Positions 48,027 to 57,927 of a DNA stretch of 64,000 bases are shown piece by piece. The stretch is from Candidatus Woesearchaeota archaeon (GTDB lineage Archaea > Nanobdellota > Nanobdellia > Woesearchaeales > JABMPP01), in contig JAGVYD010000011.1 in NCBI GenBank assembly GCA_018303405.1, positions 15,257 to 79,256 of the forward strand. Reading direction: 5' to 3'. The number at the start of each line of letters is the position of its first letter. The first letter of the stretch is position 1. The translations under genes and the position numbers were made by a program. The notes under the pieces were generated by a model. The model saw only the letters and a program-made list of their open reading frames with translations. It did not search any database and was not told where the DNA came from.

Positions 48027-50144
48027 ATGTGCGGCCTTATTGGGATATTCAACATTGAGAATGCAGCTGGCCTGGCAGCCAAAGCCCTGGAAGCCATAAG
48101 GAACAGGGGCACAGAGGCCTATGGCATTGCAACAGAGTCATGGATTGAAGTGAAAAAAAGGCCCGAGGACCTTGTCCCTATCAAATCCAGGAACGCAGTT
48201 GCCCACTGCCTGCATTCTGTTGTCTCCTATCTCCCCCAGCCACTGAAAGGCAAGGGAATTCTCATTGCCAATTGCGAGATTTACAATTGGAGGGAACTTT
48301 CGGCAAGGCACAGGATAAATGCCCAAAACGATGCAGACCTGCTCCTCCAGATGCTTGACAAGCTTGGCGTCGCCAAAACTGTGCCAGAGATTGACGGGGT
48401 ATTTGCATTCGCATACTGGCGGAATGGCAAGGTCATCCTGGCGCGGGACATTATAGGTGAAAAGCCATTGTGGTACCATTTTGGGGATTCATTCTCATTT
48501 TGCTCTGAGAAAAAGGCCCTGGAAAGCCTTGGCTTCTTGGCTTGCTTTGAGCTGAACCCAAGGCAAATCCTGACATATGACATCGGGCAAAACAGAATCT
48601 CATTTGCACAGCGAAAATTCTTTTCAATCAAGCCTGAGTCAAGGCTCAAGCCTGGCCGGATTGAAAAAGAAGTCTGCGGGCTGCTGATTAATTCTGTGGC
48701 CAAGAGGCTGCCTGACAAGAAATTCGGGCTGCTTTTTTCAGGCGGGGTTGATTCCTCGGCAATTGCGCAAATCCTGAAAAGCCTTGGCATGGACTTTACA
48801 TGCTATCTGGCAGTCCTGGACGAGCCGGGCCTGAAAACAGGAGATGACCTTGCGTCAGCAGAATATGCTGCCAAGAAAATTGGGCTCAGGCTAAAGGTCA
48901 GGCGCCTTTCACTTGATGATGTGCAAAAATACCTTAAAAAAGTTGTTCCGCTGATTGAGGACACCAATGTGACAAAAGCCGGAGTGGCTGTAACTTTTTT
49001 CGCAGCCTGTGAAATGGCAAAGGCAGATGGCATCAAGGTCATTTTTTCCGGATTAGGAAGCGAGGAAATATTTGCAGGCTATGACAGGCACAGGAAAAGC
49101 CAGAATGTGAACAATGAATGCCTTTCCGGGCTCCTCAAAATGTATGAACGGGACACTTACAGGGATGATGTCATAACCATGGCCAACAGCCTTGAGCTGA
49201 GGCTGCCGTTCCTTGACAAAAGGCTGGTTGAATATTCATTGAAGATTCCCGGCCATCTTAAGCTGAATGAGCAGGCGAACAAGATAATTCTGAGAAGAGC
49301 GATGATCAGCCTGGGAATGCCGCAGGAAATCGCTTCCAGGAAAAAAAGGGCTGCCCAGTACGGCAGCAGGGTTGATTCCGCAATTGAAAAGCTGGCAAGG
49401 AGAAACAGAATAAAGACAAAATCAGAATACCTCCGGCAATTCTATCCACAGAAAAACCTCAGGCTGGGAGTCCTGTTTTCCTCGGGCAAGGACAGCTGCT
49501 TTGCAATGCATACAATGCAGAAGCAAAATTATGGAATTTCCTGCCTTATTACAATGAAAAGCGAAAACAAGGATTCATACATGTTCCACACGCCGAATGT
49601 GCACATGGCAAGAATGCAGGCAGAGGCAATTGGGCTTCCACTGGTCGAGACGGTGACCTATGGAGAAAAAGAGGCTGAGCTTGAGGACCTTGAAAAAGCG
49701 CTTAAAATTGCGCAAAAAAACCATGCCATAGAAGGGGTTGTCACAGGCGCATTGTTCTCCAATTACCAGCGGGAAAGGATTGAGAGGGTGGCTGATTCGC
49801 TGGGGCTGAAGATTTTTTCGCCATTATGGCACATGGACCAGGAACTGGAAATGGGCGTCCTGCTGGATGCAGGATTCAAGTTCATATTCAGCAGCGTCGC
49901 CGCATTTGGCCTGGACAAGTCTTGGCTCGGCAGGGAAATAGGCCATAAGGACATCAAGAGGCTCGTGGAACTGAACAAAAGGACAGGCCTGAACATCGCC
50001 GGAGAAGGGGGAGAATTCGAGTCACTTGTCCTGGACGGCCCGATGTTTCGCAAGGCAATCCAGGTAACCGATTCTGAAATAATTGTGGAAGGGGAGCACA
50101 ATGCCAGATTTATCGTGAAGGATGCTGTGCTGGCTGAGAAATAG
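48027..50144 (+). CDS. Asparagine synthetase (glutamine-hydrolysing)-like protein fused to a Dph6/MJ0570-type ATP pyrophosphatase (diphthine-ammonia ligase-like) domain
   Basis: 705 aa. Starts MCGLIG (Ntn class-II glutamine amidotransferase). AsnB PP-loop LLFSGGVDSSAIA at about residue 235. C-terminal about 220 aa has a second PP-loop (VLFSSGKDSCFAM) and blocks (YMFHTPNVH, GALFSNYQRERIERVA, GEGGEFESLVLDGP) closely matching archaeal Dph6 (diphthamide synthase) proteins. Confidence 0.75.
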   Translation: MCGLIGIFNIENAAGLAAKALEAIRNRGTEAYGIATESWIEVKKRPEDLVPIKSRNAVAHCLHSVVSYLPQPLKGKGILIANCEIYNWRELSARHRINAQNDADLLLQMLDKLGVAKTVPEIDGVFAFAYWRNGKVILARDIIGEKPLWYHFGDSFSFCSEKKALESLGFLACFELNPRQILTYDIGQNRISFAQRKFFSIKPESRLKPGRIEKEVCGLLINSVAKRLPDKKFGLLFSGGVDSSAIAQILKSLGMDFTCYLAVLDEPGLKTGDDLASAEYAAKKIGLRLKVRRLSLDDVQKYLKKVVPLIEDTNVTKAGVAVTFFAACEMAKADGIKVIFSGLGSEEIFAGYDRHRKSQNVNNECLSGLLKMYERDTYRDDVITMANSLELRLPFLDKRLVEYSLKIPGHLKLNEQANKIILRRAMISLGMPQEIASRKKRAAQYGSRVDSAIEKLARRNRIKTKSEYLRQFYPQKNLRLGVLFSSGKDSCFAMHTMQKQNYGISCLITMKSENKDSYMFHTPNVHMARMQAEAIGLPLVETVTYGEKEAELEDLEKALKIAQKNHAIEGVVTGALFSNYQRERIERVADSLGLKIFSPLWHMDQELEMGVLLDAGFKFIFSSVAAFGLDKSWLGREIGHKDIKRLVELNKRTGLNIAGEGGEFESLVLDGPMFRKAIQVTDSEIIVEGEHNARFIVKDAVLAEK

Positions 50145-50868
50145 CATGGCCTGGCCTTTCAGGCTGGTCAAACATGAACATCCTCTGAAGGGCAAAAACA
50201 AGCTGCTCGCTGGTGAGGCTGCGGGGCAAGGTCTTTGCGGCAAGGCTGGCTATTGCGGGTGACAAATCCTGGAGCGCATGGATTTTAATATCCACTTTGC
50301 CTCCATATTTGGGGTCCGGGAAATTCATTTCTGCTGTAACGCCATATGGCAAAATCAATTCGAAATCAGCATCGCCAAAATACCCGTTCTTAGACGGGTC
50401 CCATCCCATCTCAGCTATCTTGTCAAGCGGATGGTGGCTTTTTACCTTTCGCCGCCAGTATCCGCCTTCATCCTCAAGCACAGTGTAGCTCAGGCCAGGC
50501 CTTCTGTCCCTGTCATACTTTTCCATGGCGTCTCCAAGCCACTGGTGCTCGTAAATCAGTCCAACGCTCATCTCTGAGGGCTCCAGGCTGCGCACCTCAT
50601 TTGCAAATGCAAGCAACTGCTGCAGCATTCCCTGCTTTTCCCTATTTTCAGCTTCCCATTCTAAAATAACCAGTTTTTGGCCAGGCCCTCTCCAGGCATT
50701 AATCAGGACTGCCTGGTCCCCGGGAGAATCTGCATATCTTCCGCTGGAAATCCTGACATCTTCGGCACTGCCTGGCCTGCTGTTGTAGAAGGTCATAAGA
50801 TAAATCCCATTGTCGATATCCCTTTCCCACCTGGCAATTTCATTGCTATGGTCAGTCACTATTGGCAT
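50110..50868 (-). CDS. Hypothetical protein (252 aa)
   Basis: No recognisable motifs. Overlaps the 3' end of the AsnB-Dph6 gene by 35 nt, convergent. Confidence 0.3.
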   Translation of the reverse strand: MPIVTDHSNEIARWERDIDNGIYLMTFYNSRPGSAEDVRISSGRYADSPGDQAVLINAWRGPGQKLVILEWEAENREKQGMLQQLLAFANEVRSLEPSEMSVGLIYEHQWLGDAMEKYDRDRRPGLSYTVLEDEGGYWRRKVKSHHPLDKIAEMGWDPSKNGYFGDADFELILPYGVTAEMNFPDPKYGGKVDIKIHALQDLSPAIASLAAKTLPRSLTSEQLVFALQRMFMFDQPERPGHAISQPAQHPSR

Positions 50869-50933
50869 TTTGCCTTGTTAAATCCCGATATTATTATAGC
50901 TTTGCATGAGAAATTGGAAGATTTTACTGAGAA

Positions 50934-52418
50934 TCAGCAAACATTCGTACCAATGCCCAGCGCCTTTCTTCCCAGGATAATCAGCTCATTGGATTTCTCC
51001 TCTGATTTTGAGTCTGCTATTATTCTTACGACGCCAGGCTCTGTCTTTGAGTCCCTGAACCATATCCATGAAGAATCATCGGCCCACACTTTTATTCCGC
51101 CTGTCTCGTCGCCGGTTTCTGTAACCTTGTAGCCCTTGAAATATTCCCTTATTGAATGTTTCAGGTCCTGCATCCGCTCCTTTGACAGCAGGGCCTTTGT
51201 CTGCAGGGTATAGTATTGCGGCAACTTTTCAATTATCTTTGACAGGCTTTTCTTTCCTGTTGCCATTATGCCCAATAGCATGGCCATGCCAAGAATGCCG
51301 TCCCTGGATGTCGACGGCGGCACAATCCCGCCTGAGGAGCTTCCCTCCCCTCCGAGGCAGGCCTTTCTTTTTTTCATCTCTTCCATAACATTGGCCTCTC
51401 CAACCTCGACCTCATAAATCCTGCCTTTGTGCTTTTTGACGATTTCGCCGACAACCTGGCTTGTCGCGTCATTTGTCACAACAACCCTGTTCTTTGCGCC
51501 CGGCAGCATGTAATCAGCCAAAATTGCAAGAAGGTAGTGCCCGGAAATGACCTTCCCTATATTTTCCCCGAATGGGAGCACAAATTCAGCCCTGTCCGCA
51601 TCGCAGTCAAAGCCAATGCCAAAATCCGCCTTTTCCTCCCTCACAATTTTTCCCATGTACGAAAGCGAATTTTCATTTGGCTCGATTCTCCTGTGGAACT
51701 CGCCTGGCTTTGCAGCCACAAGCCTGCCAGTGATTTTCAGGTCAGAGAGGACATCCGCTATGATTTTCCAGGAGCTTCCGCCATTGGGGTCAACAACAAG
51801 CCTGAATCCCGCCGACCTTATCCTTTTTACCATCTCCTTGCCAAGCGTGCCGAGAACAAATTCCCTGTATTTCTGCCCAATGTCCATGCTTTTGTTGACG
51901 AAATTGCAATTTCCGGCTTTTTTTGCCGGAACTTTTGCCTTTTTTGCTTTTTTGATAATCGCATGCATGGATTCAGCTTTCAGCGCAGCGCCATTGCTGC
52001 CCAGGAATTTCCAGCCATTGAACTCAGGCTCATTGTGCGAGGCAGTAATTATGATTCCCCCGTCAGCCTTGTACTTCCGCACGGCCAGCTGTATCATGGG
52101 CGTTGTGGCAATCTCCACATCAATTATTTCCTTTGCTGTTTTGCAGCAAACCTCAATCATTGCTTTTTTCAGCGCAGGCCCTGATGCCCTCGTATCCATG
52201 CCCACAACAATCCGCGGAGCGTGCTTTGACTGCTTTTTCAGCCAGCTTGCATATGCATGGGCATATCTCCTTGCAATTTCCTCTGTCAAGGCAGCGCCAT
52301 AAATCCCCCTTATCCCTGAGAATGATTCAACCAGATAGCTCATGGGGCTAATCCTTGTTTCGGGCTTTATATAATTTATCCTCTCCATTGTCTTGATCTG
52401 CCTTATTACTGGCATCAC
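50934..52418 (-). CDS. Phosphoglucosamine/phosphomannomutase family protein (second copy)
   Basis: TASHNEPEFNGWKF phosphoserine loop, FDCDADRAEF metal-binding motif and FSGIRGIYG N-terminal motif of alpha-D-phosphohexomutases. The true start is probably an internal Met at about 52340. Confidence 0.75.
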   Translation of the reverse strand: MMPVIRQIKTMERINYIKPETRISPMSYLVESFSGIRGIYGAALTEEIARRYAHAYASWLKKQSKHAPRIVVGMDTRASGPALKKAMIEVCCKTAKEIIDVEIATTPMIQLAVRKYKADGGIIITASHNEPEFNGWKFLGSNGAALKAESMHAIIKKAKKAKVPAKKAGNCNFVNKSMDIGQKYREFVLGTLGKEMVKRIRSAGFRLVVDPNGGSSWKIIADVLSDLKITGRLVAAKPGEFHRRIEPNENSLSYMGKIVREEKADFGIGFDCDADRAEFVLPFGENIGKVISGHYLLAILADYMLPGAKNRVVVTNDATSQVVGEIVKKHKGRIYEVEVGEANVMEEMKKRKACLGGEGSSSGGIVPPSTSRDGILGMAMLLGIMATGKKSLSKIIEKLPQYYTLQTKALLSKERMQDLKHSIREYFKGYKVTETGDETGGIKVWADDSSWIWFRDSKTEPGVVRIIADSKSEEKSNELIILGRKALGIGTNVC

Positions 52419-52528
52419 TGCAAAATTTATCTCTCATGGCTCGTAGCAAAGCTTTTTATACATAGAAAACAAAAGAATAAGCAGCCATATTTGCCTTTAG
52501 GTTTAAGGGCAGGCATATCGCATATCAA

Positions 52529-52864
52529 TTGAGAGGGGTGGGCGCATTGCAGGAAGAAACACAGGAACTTGGCGGCAGCATTGAGCTTACTGGCTTTAAG
52601 GACATGGATGGAGCAACCATGGTGGTTCTGAAGAAGATTGTTGGCACATATGCAAGGAAATTCAGCGAACTGTGCAGGAACTTCGAGAAGCTTTCCGTCA
52701 CCATGAAAAAGGTGCACGAGAGGGAAAAATCTGAAAAGTATGAAGTCCATGCCAAGGTGCTGGACAACGGCAAGCCGATTGTATCGGCGGTAACGGATTT
52801 CAACCTCTTTTTTGCAATTGACAGCGCCCTCAAGAAGGTCGAAAAGGAAATCCACAGCTCATGA
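52529..52864 (+). CDS. Ribosome hibernation factor-like protein (HPF/YfiA, S30AE family), putative
   Basis: 111 aa. The pattern IELTGFKDMD...KYEVHAKVLDNGKPIVSAVTDFNLFFAIDSALKKVEKEI parallels bacterial HPF (ITGHN...AEATVH..G..I.A.A...DMYAAIDLLVDKLERQL). Confidence 0.4.
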   Translation: MRGVGALQEETQELGGSIELTGFKDMDGATMVVLKKIVGTYARKFSELCRNFEKLSVTMKKVHEREKSEKYEVHAKVLDNGKPIVSAVTDFNLFFAIDSALKKVEKEIHSS

Positions 52865-53127
52865 AGAGACAATCCCCTCATCATGGAATCAAAATGGACT
52901 TTTTGCAGGATAAGGCAATCAGTGTAATAGTGCACCCGAATTCTCCAAGGAATGAGATCAAGGCCCAGGACCCTGAAACCGGAGCTTACAGGGTCAATAT
53001 ATCAGCGCCGGCAGAGAAAGGCAGGGCCAACAAAGAGCTGCTGAAATTCCTCAAGAAGGAGACAGGGAGGGAATGCAGGATAATCTCCGGGGCAGGCTCG
53101 CGGAAAAAACTACTTAGATTTCTTTAG
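52861..53127 (+). CDS. DUF167/YggU-family (UPF0235) protein
   Basis: 88 aa. ISVIVHPNSPRNEI...RVNISAPAEKGRANKELLKFL...ECRIISGAGSRKK matches the YggU signature (PxxxGKANxxL...G..SR.K). Confidence 0.6.
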   Translation: MKRQSPHHGIKMDFLQDKAISVIVHPNSPRNEIKAQDPETGAYRVNISAPAEKGRANKELLKFLKKETGRECRIISGAGSRKKLLRFL

Positions 53128-53394
53128 CTTCCAGAATTTCAATTTCGCCTTGAATGCCACGTATTCACCTGCAAACCAGCCTACACTCCTTTTTATGAAT
53201 TCGAACAAAAAGGCAAATGCCTTGGGCATAACGGACATGAAAAAGTCATAGACCCCTGTAAATAAAGTTGTAAAAAGCTTTGCAATGCCTGCCCAAAGCA
53301 CGGATATCAGCTCAATTGCCATATGGCGATGTGATTCAATGGAATTTTTAAAGCTATCCCCTTGCCAATCTTTCAGGAATTTCCTGGCTGGCAA
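53110..53394 (-). CDS. Small hypothetical membrane protein
   Basis: 94 aa with two hydrophobic helices. Weak call. Confidence 0.25.
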   Translation of the reverse strand: MPARKFLKDWQGDSFKNSIESHRHMAIELISVLWAGIAKLFTTLFTGVYDFFMSVMPKAFAFLFEFIKRSVGWFAGEYVAFKAKLKFWKLKKSK

Positions 53395-53442
53395 GTGGGT
53401 CCCAGCAAAACATATTTAAAGGAGAAGAAATGAGGCTTATTC

Positions 53443-53982
53443 ATGGCTTTGTCAGATCCTGTCCCAATGTCAAAGGTTGTGCTTTATGTGCTAGTCTACG
53501 GCACATTGATTGGCCTGGTCGGGTTTTTTGGAGGCTGGATAGCGGGCAACCTGAATGCAGAAAAGCCACTTGAATGCGCTGCCAACAATGCATCCTCAAT
53601 TTCAGATGCACTGAACGGTGCGCAAACAGCCGAATCCAGCTGCCCCCGATATGGCTGCTATCAGGTGACAAGAGAGGCTGTGTTTGAATTATTGTCAAAT
53701 GAGTCATCCGGCACTGGCAATTTATTTGGCGGCGATGCCAGCATCAGCATCCCGGTCAAAAACATGGATCCTGAAGGGGGATATTTTATTATAACCATAG
53801 GCTGCCAGACCCTGAACAAGCAAAGCGCAGACATTACATCGGAACCGATTTACATTGGGCCAAACCAGACTGGCACCTTCAGCCTTGTGTATGGCATTGA
53901 GGCAAGGGAAAACTGGAAATGCGATAATTACAGGGTAAACTCAAGCGTTGTAAAAACGTGCGAACTGACGCAGTTGCCATAA
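53443..53982 (+). CDS. Membrane-anchored extracellular hypothetical protein
   Basis: 179 aa. N-terminal TM/signal anchor (VVLYVLVYGTLIGLVGFFGGWIAG) and a Cys-containing ectodomain. Confidence 0.3.
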   Translation: MALSDPVPMSKVVLYVLVYGTLIGLVGFFGGWIAGNLNAEKPLECAANNASSISDALNGAQTAESSCPRYGCYQVTREAVFELLSNESSGTGNLFGGDASISIPVKNMDPEGGYFIITIGCQTLNKQSADITSEPIYIGPNQTGTFSLVYGIEARENWKCDNYRVNSSVVKTCELTQLP

Positions 53983-54047
53983 TCGCTTCTTATCATACTG
54001 GCCGGGGTTTTGACCTTCTCCATCCCTGCATTTGCGGCTCTGCTGCG

Positions 54048-56585
54048 TTATATCCAAAGCCACGCCAGAAGATACAACCCAAGAATTGCAAGTGCAGAAA
54101 CCATGGCAGAAACCTTTTCAAGTGCATTCAGCTCAACCTTCAAAATTATCTCATTCCCTGCCCTGGCTTTCATCAATATCAGGTACTCTGTGGATGACAG
54201 CACAGGAATCTCTTCCCCTCCCATGTACGCATGCCACCTCGGGAAATAATGTTCCTTAAACACAACCCAGTCCCCATCCTTAAAGTTGCCGGTGATTACA
54301 ATTTCGTCCTGCTTAATGCGCTTCCATGGCAATGGTTCATATGCAAAGCTTTCCGGCATTTGCTGATAGCCTCCTATGTCATACCACCCCTCTTTTGGCA
54401 GCAGGCTCACAGCCACAAAGCCGCCTTCCAGTTTTCTTAAGTCTTCAAGCATTGCCTCAGGCGCCACAATGACTTTTTCAGAATAAAAACTGTAGTTCAT
54501 CTTAAGTATGACATCACAAAGGTATTCCTTGTTCTGGTAAATCGGATAGGCCTGGCCCTGCATAAGAACCTGGACAACAGACCTGCCAAGCGGCTCGCAG
54601 GCATTGACAAAGACGTACTGGTAGCCTCCTGCCCGGAGATAATTCCCGAACTCTATGCTTGTCAAATTTTGCAGGGCAGGGGTAAACCCCCATGAATGGG
54701 AGCTGTGAATTTTCGTGTAAACTGTTTTTGACTCATCGAACTGGTTGAATTCGTACCTGGCAGTATACCTGTCTGTCAGTATGTGCACAGCTGGGTCAAA
54801 GGCGTTTGAGAATATTGCATAAGTAATCATCCTGCCATCCATCGACAGCTTGCTGATAAAATCCAGCTCAGATGAATACCTTTCACCATTTATGACACTT
54901 TCCTTATGTATCCCCGTGAAATTCTCAATCTCAAATGGCACAGTGGCAATGATTCCAATGAGCAGGATGGCCGCAAGCAAAATCCTCAGCCATTTTGATT
55001 CCTCATTGATTACAATGGCAATGACTGCTGCAAAAAATACCAGCTGGTGGAACATCAGTATCCTGTCCCCATACTCAATATTGCCAACTGTCGGGAACAG
55101 GTTTGCAAATGATGAGACAACCATGGCAATCACGAAGGTTGCCGCCAGGATGCGCGCCATTGTGAAGGAGCCTTTTTTCCAGCGCAGCAATGCCCAGAGA
55201 ATCGCAAGGGCGCCAAGGGCTGACAGGAATGGCCCCATCTTCTTGTCATCATTTCTCAGCGGGTCAGGGTGCCTGAATGAGAACGGCGTGTCGTCGACGA
55301 AAAAATGCCTGAAATATTCCACTATTTCATGGGTGTCAAACCTGACGCTCTGCCCCGCTCCCCTGTTGAAATCACGATAATACAGATTTGGCGCAAGATA
55401 GAACAGCAGGACCATGAAAGCAATCACAACCAAAAAAATTTTGATGCGCTCTTGTTTTATATGCCTGGCAAGCTCCTTTCTTCGTGACCATAAGCTGTCT
55501 TTCTGCGTCTGCAGCAGCAGCAAAATTGTCCCGGAAAAAATAATAATGCCGAGCGTATTCGCAGGGTGCGTGACTATCATAAGTGCGCCATAAAGAAACA
55601 TGAGCCCGAACTCATCAAGGCCCCTTGGATTATCCAATGCCATTGACAAGATAAGAAGGCCGATTGGCACAGAAAACATCATCTTATAGCTTTCCAGGAA
55701 CTGCAGGGACACGAAATTAATGCCAACAGCAGCCGAGGCAAGGCCGAAAATGTATGGCGTGGCAAAAGATTCCTTTTTTGTGCAGCTTGCAATGATGAGG
55801 TAAGTGCCCAGCATGATCATGAAAAGGATGAACAGCTGGAATGAATTCCAGAAAAGCACTGGCTCAATCCCGCCAAGGAACATGTACACCAGCCCGATAT
55901 GGCTGTAAGATGCAGGGGAATCTGCCAAATACGCAAACTCCCCATTTGCCATGTAAGGCTGGTAATGCGGAAATTCGCCAAACTTGCCAATGTCCTTCGG
56001 GATAACATAAAATTTCGAATACAGCCAGGTCCCGTTCGAATTGAACAGGTTTCCATCTTCAAGTATGTAGTGGCCGACTGTGAAAATTGCCAGGAAACAT
56101 ATTATCAGGGCCTTTGCTTCCTTCCCATCAACCTTTATGAGGGTTGAATATTTTTTCTGGAAAATGGCCTTGCTAAGCAGCAATGCAGCTGGAAAGAAAA
56201 ATGTGGCCAGGATAGTCCAGGATGTCAGGGGGATGCGCGCAAAAATTGTAGTAATGTAAACCAGCAGGGTCGCGAACACGGCCAAGCCCCATCCCATCAA
56301 GTACCTCTTTATGAATCCAGACTTATTCAGCAAAAGCCCAATGGCAGAAAAGGGAAGGTAGATGGCAAAAAATACAAAGAAGCTGAACACTGCTGAGCCC
56401 GCTGCCAGAACATAAAGGAAGTTGCTGATTTCCCTGTCGAGCCTGTTCCTCAAAAAAAATAATACAACCCAAGCTATTGTGGCAGGGATCAATACCGTCT
56501 TCAGAACAAAAGACAAAACAACAATATATATGGCCAATAGCCACAATGTTGCATGCTCTGTTGCCCGAATCTTGATAACTTTCAT
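54048..56585 (-). CDS. Large polytopic membrane protein (845 aa), candidate glycosyl/oligosaccharyl-transferase
   Basis: About 15 TM helices over 520 aa, then an about 300-aa C-terminal soluble domain. Lies in a cluster with two SDR epimerases and a DPM1-like GT2. No canonical STT3 WWDYG motif found. Confidence 0.45.
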   Translation of the reverse strand: MKVIKIRATEHATLWLLAIYIVVLSFVLKTVLIPATIAWVVLFFLRNRLDREISNFLYVLAAGSAVFSFFVFFAIYLPFSAIGLLLNKSGFIKRYLMGWGLAVFATLLVYITTIFARIPLTSWTILATFFFPAALLLSKAIFQKKYSTLIKVDGKEAKALIICFLAIFTVGHYILEDGNLFNSNGTWLYSKFYVIPKDIGKFGEFPHYQPYMANGEFAYLADSPASYSHIGLVYMFLGGIEPVLFWNSFQLFILFMIMLGTYLIIASCTKKESFATPYIFGLASAAVGINFVSLQFLESYKMMFSVPIGLLILSMALDNPRGLDEFGLMFLYGALMIVTHPANTLGIIIFSGTILLLLQTQKDSLWSRRKELARHIKQERIKIFLVVIAFMVLLFYLAPNLYYRDFNRGAGQSVRFDTHEIVEYFRHFFVDDTPFSFRHPDPLRNDDKKMGPFLSALGALAILWALLRWKKGSFTMARILAATFVIAMVVSSFANLFPTVGNIEYGDRILMFHQLVFFAAVIAIVINEESKWLRILLAAILLIGIIATVPFEIENFTGIHKESVINGERYSSELDFISKLSMDGRMITYAIFSNAFDPAVHILTDRYTARYEFNQFDESKTVYTKIHSSHSWGFTPALQNLTSIEFGNYLRAGGYQYVFVNACEPLGRSVVQVLMQGQAYPIYQNKEYLCDVILKMNYSFYSEKVIVAPEAMLEDLRKLEGGFVAVSLLPKEGWYDIGGYQQMPESFAYEPLPWKRIKQDEIVITGNFKDGDWVVFKEHYFPRWHAYMGGEEIPVLSSTEYLILMKARAGNEIILKVELNALEKVSAMVSALAILGLYLLAWLWI

Positions 56586-56743
56586 TTTTTAGCAGCAGCC
56601 TTCAATTTTATCCTAAGCTATCCCCTGAAAAGCCTTTGCGCAGCTAATTTTTATATCTATTCTTTTGGCGGGCTGCGAATTCAGGCAGTTTAGGCCAATT
56701 TTCGAAATATATATAAATTCGTTGCACAACCTGTCAATATTGG

Positions 56744-57874
56744 TTGGTGGGTTTAATGAAAGTTTTAGTGACCGGTGGCCTTGGACTTATTGGAAGCGCA
56801 TGCGCAAGCCTATTCCTCTCAAAAAAATGGGAGGTTGTGATTGTGGACAATGACATGCGCGGAAACATTTTCGGCAAGGACGGGAGCACCGCGAAAAACA
56901 GGCAGGAGGAATTCTCATCCGGCAAGACGCCCAGAATTGTAAGCGGTGACATCAGGGACAAGGAACTGATGTCCAAGATAATACCTGAAGTGGATGCAAT
57001 TGCGCACTGCGCGGCCCAGCCATCCCACCCGAAAAGCCTGGAGATGCCTTTGGACGACTTCAGCATCAATGCCTTTGGCACTTTGCAGCTTCTTGAACTG
57101 GCAAGGCAGCTTAATCCCAAAATACCCTTTGCATTCCTGTCCTCAAACAAGGTCTACGGGGACCAGCCCAATAATTTCAAGTACAAGGTGTGGAACAAGC
57201 GCTTTGAAAACACTGCCTTGAAAAGCTTTGATGAGACATTGTCAATAGACCACTGCGGGCACACGCCCTTTGGCGTCTCCAAAGTTGCAGCTGACCTGTA
57301 CTGCCAGGAATATGCGCACAATTACGGCCTGAAAACTGCCACTTTCCGGGGCGGCTGCCTGACCGGGAAAAATTCAAGGGCAGTTGAGATGCACGGCTAT
57401 CTTCCTTACATCATAAAATGCATTCTCTCTGGCCAGAAATACACAATCTATGGAGGGGGGCACAGGGTAAGGGACCAGATACATTCATCAGATGTCGCCA
57501 AGGCTGTTTTCCAGTTCATCGACAGCCCAAAAAAAGGCAAGAACGGCAAATACGGCCAGGCCTACAATCTTGGAGGCTGCCGGGAAAACTCAATCTCAAT
57601 CTTTGAAACAATAGATGCTGTTGAGGCAAAAACAGGCAAGAAGGCAATAACAGCTGAAGGGCCTGAAAGGGAATCTGACCATATCTGGTGGATTTCAGAC
57701 ATGTCCAAGTTCAGGTCGCATTATCCAGGCTGGAAACTGACAAAGGGCCTGGATTTTATTTTCGGGGAGATAATTGACTATTATGCTGATGCGCTTGGCA
57801 TAAAGAACAAGATCAAGCCAGGTGAGCCTGATTTTTTCAAGAGCAATTTTACTGATGAAAGGTTTCTCGCGTGA
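56744..57874 (+). CDS. NAD-dependent sugar epimerase/dehydratase (SDR family)
   Basis: MKVLVTGGLGLIGS Rossmann motif. Catalytic S...YxxxK arrangement consistent with CDP/UDP-sugar epimerases. The true start is likely the Met at 56756. Confidence 0.75.
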   Translation: MVGLMKVLVTGGLGLIGSACASLFLSKKWEVVIVDNDMRGNIFGKDGSTAKNRQEEFSSGKTPRIVSGDIRDKELMSKIIPEVDAIAHCAAQPSHPKSLEMPLDDFSINAFGTLQLLELARQLNPKIPFAFLSSNKVYGDQPNNFKYKVWNKRFENTALKSFDETLSIDHCGHTPFGVSKVAADLYCQEYAHNYGLKTATFRGGCLTGKNSRAVEMHGYLPYIIKCILSGQKYTIYGGGHRVRDQIHSSDVAKAVFQFIDSPKKGKNGKYGQAYNLGGCRENSISIFETIDAVEAKTGKKAITAEGPERESDHIWWISDMSKFRSHYPGWKLTKGLDFIFGEIIDYYADALGIKNKIKPGEPDFFKSNFTDERFLA

Positions 57875-57927
57875 AAAGGCAATGCTTTAAATATTTCAGC
57901 CCGTGGACGCATATAATCAAATAATAC

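Noticed and set aside
51429-52302. Two 251-aa plus-strand ORFs inside the second phosphomutase gene
   Set aside because: Antisense shadows of a gene with clear TASHN and DxDxDR active-site motifs.
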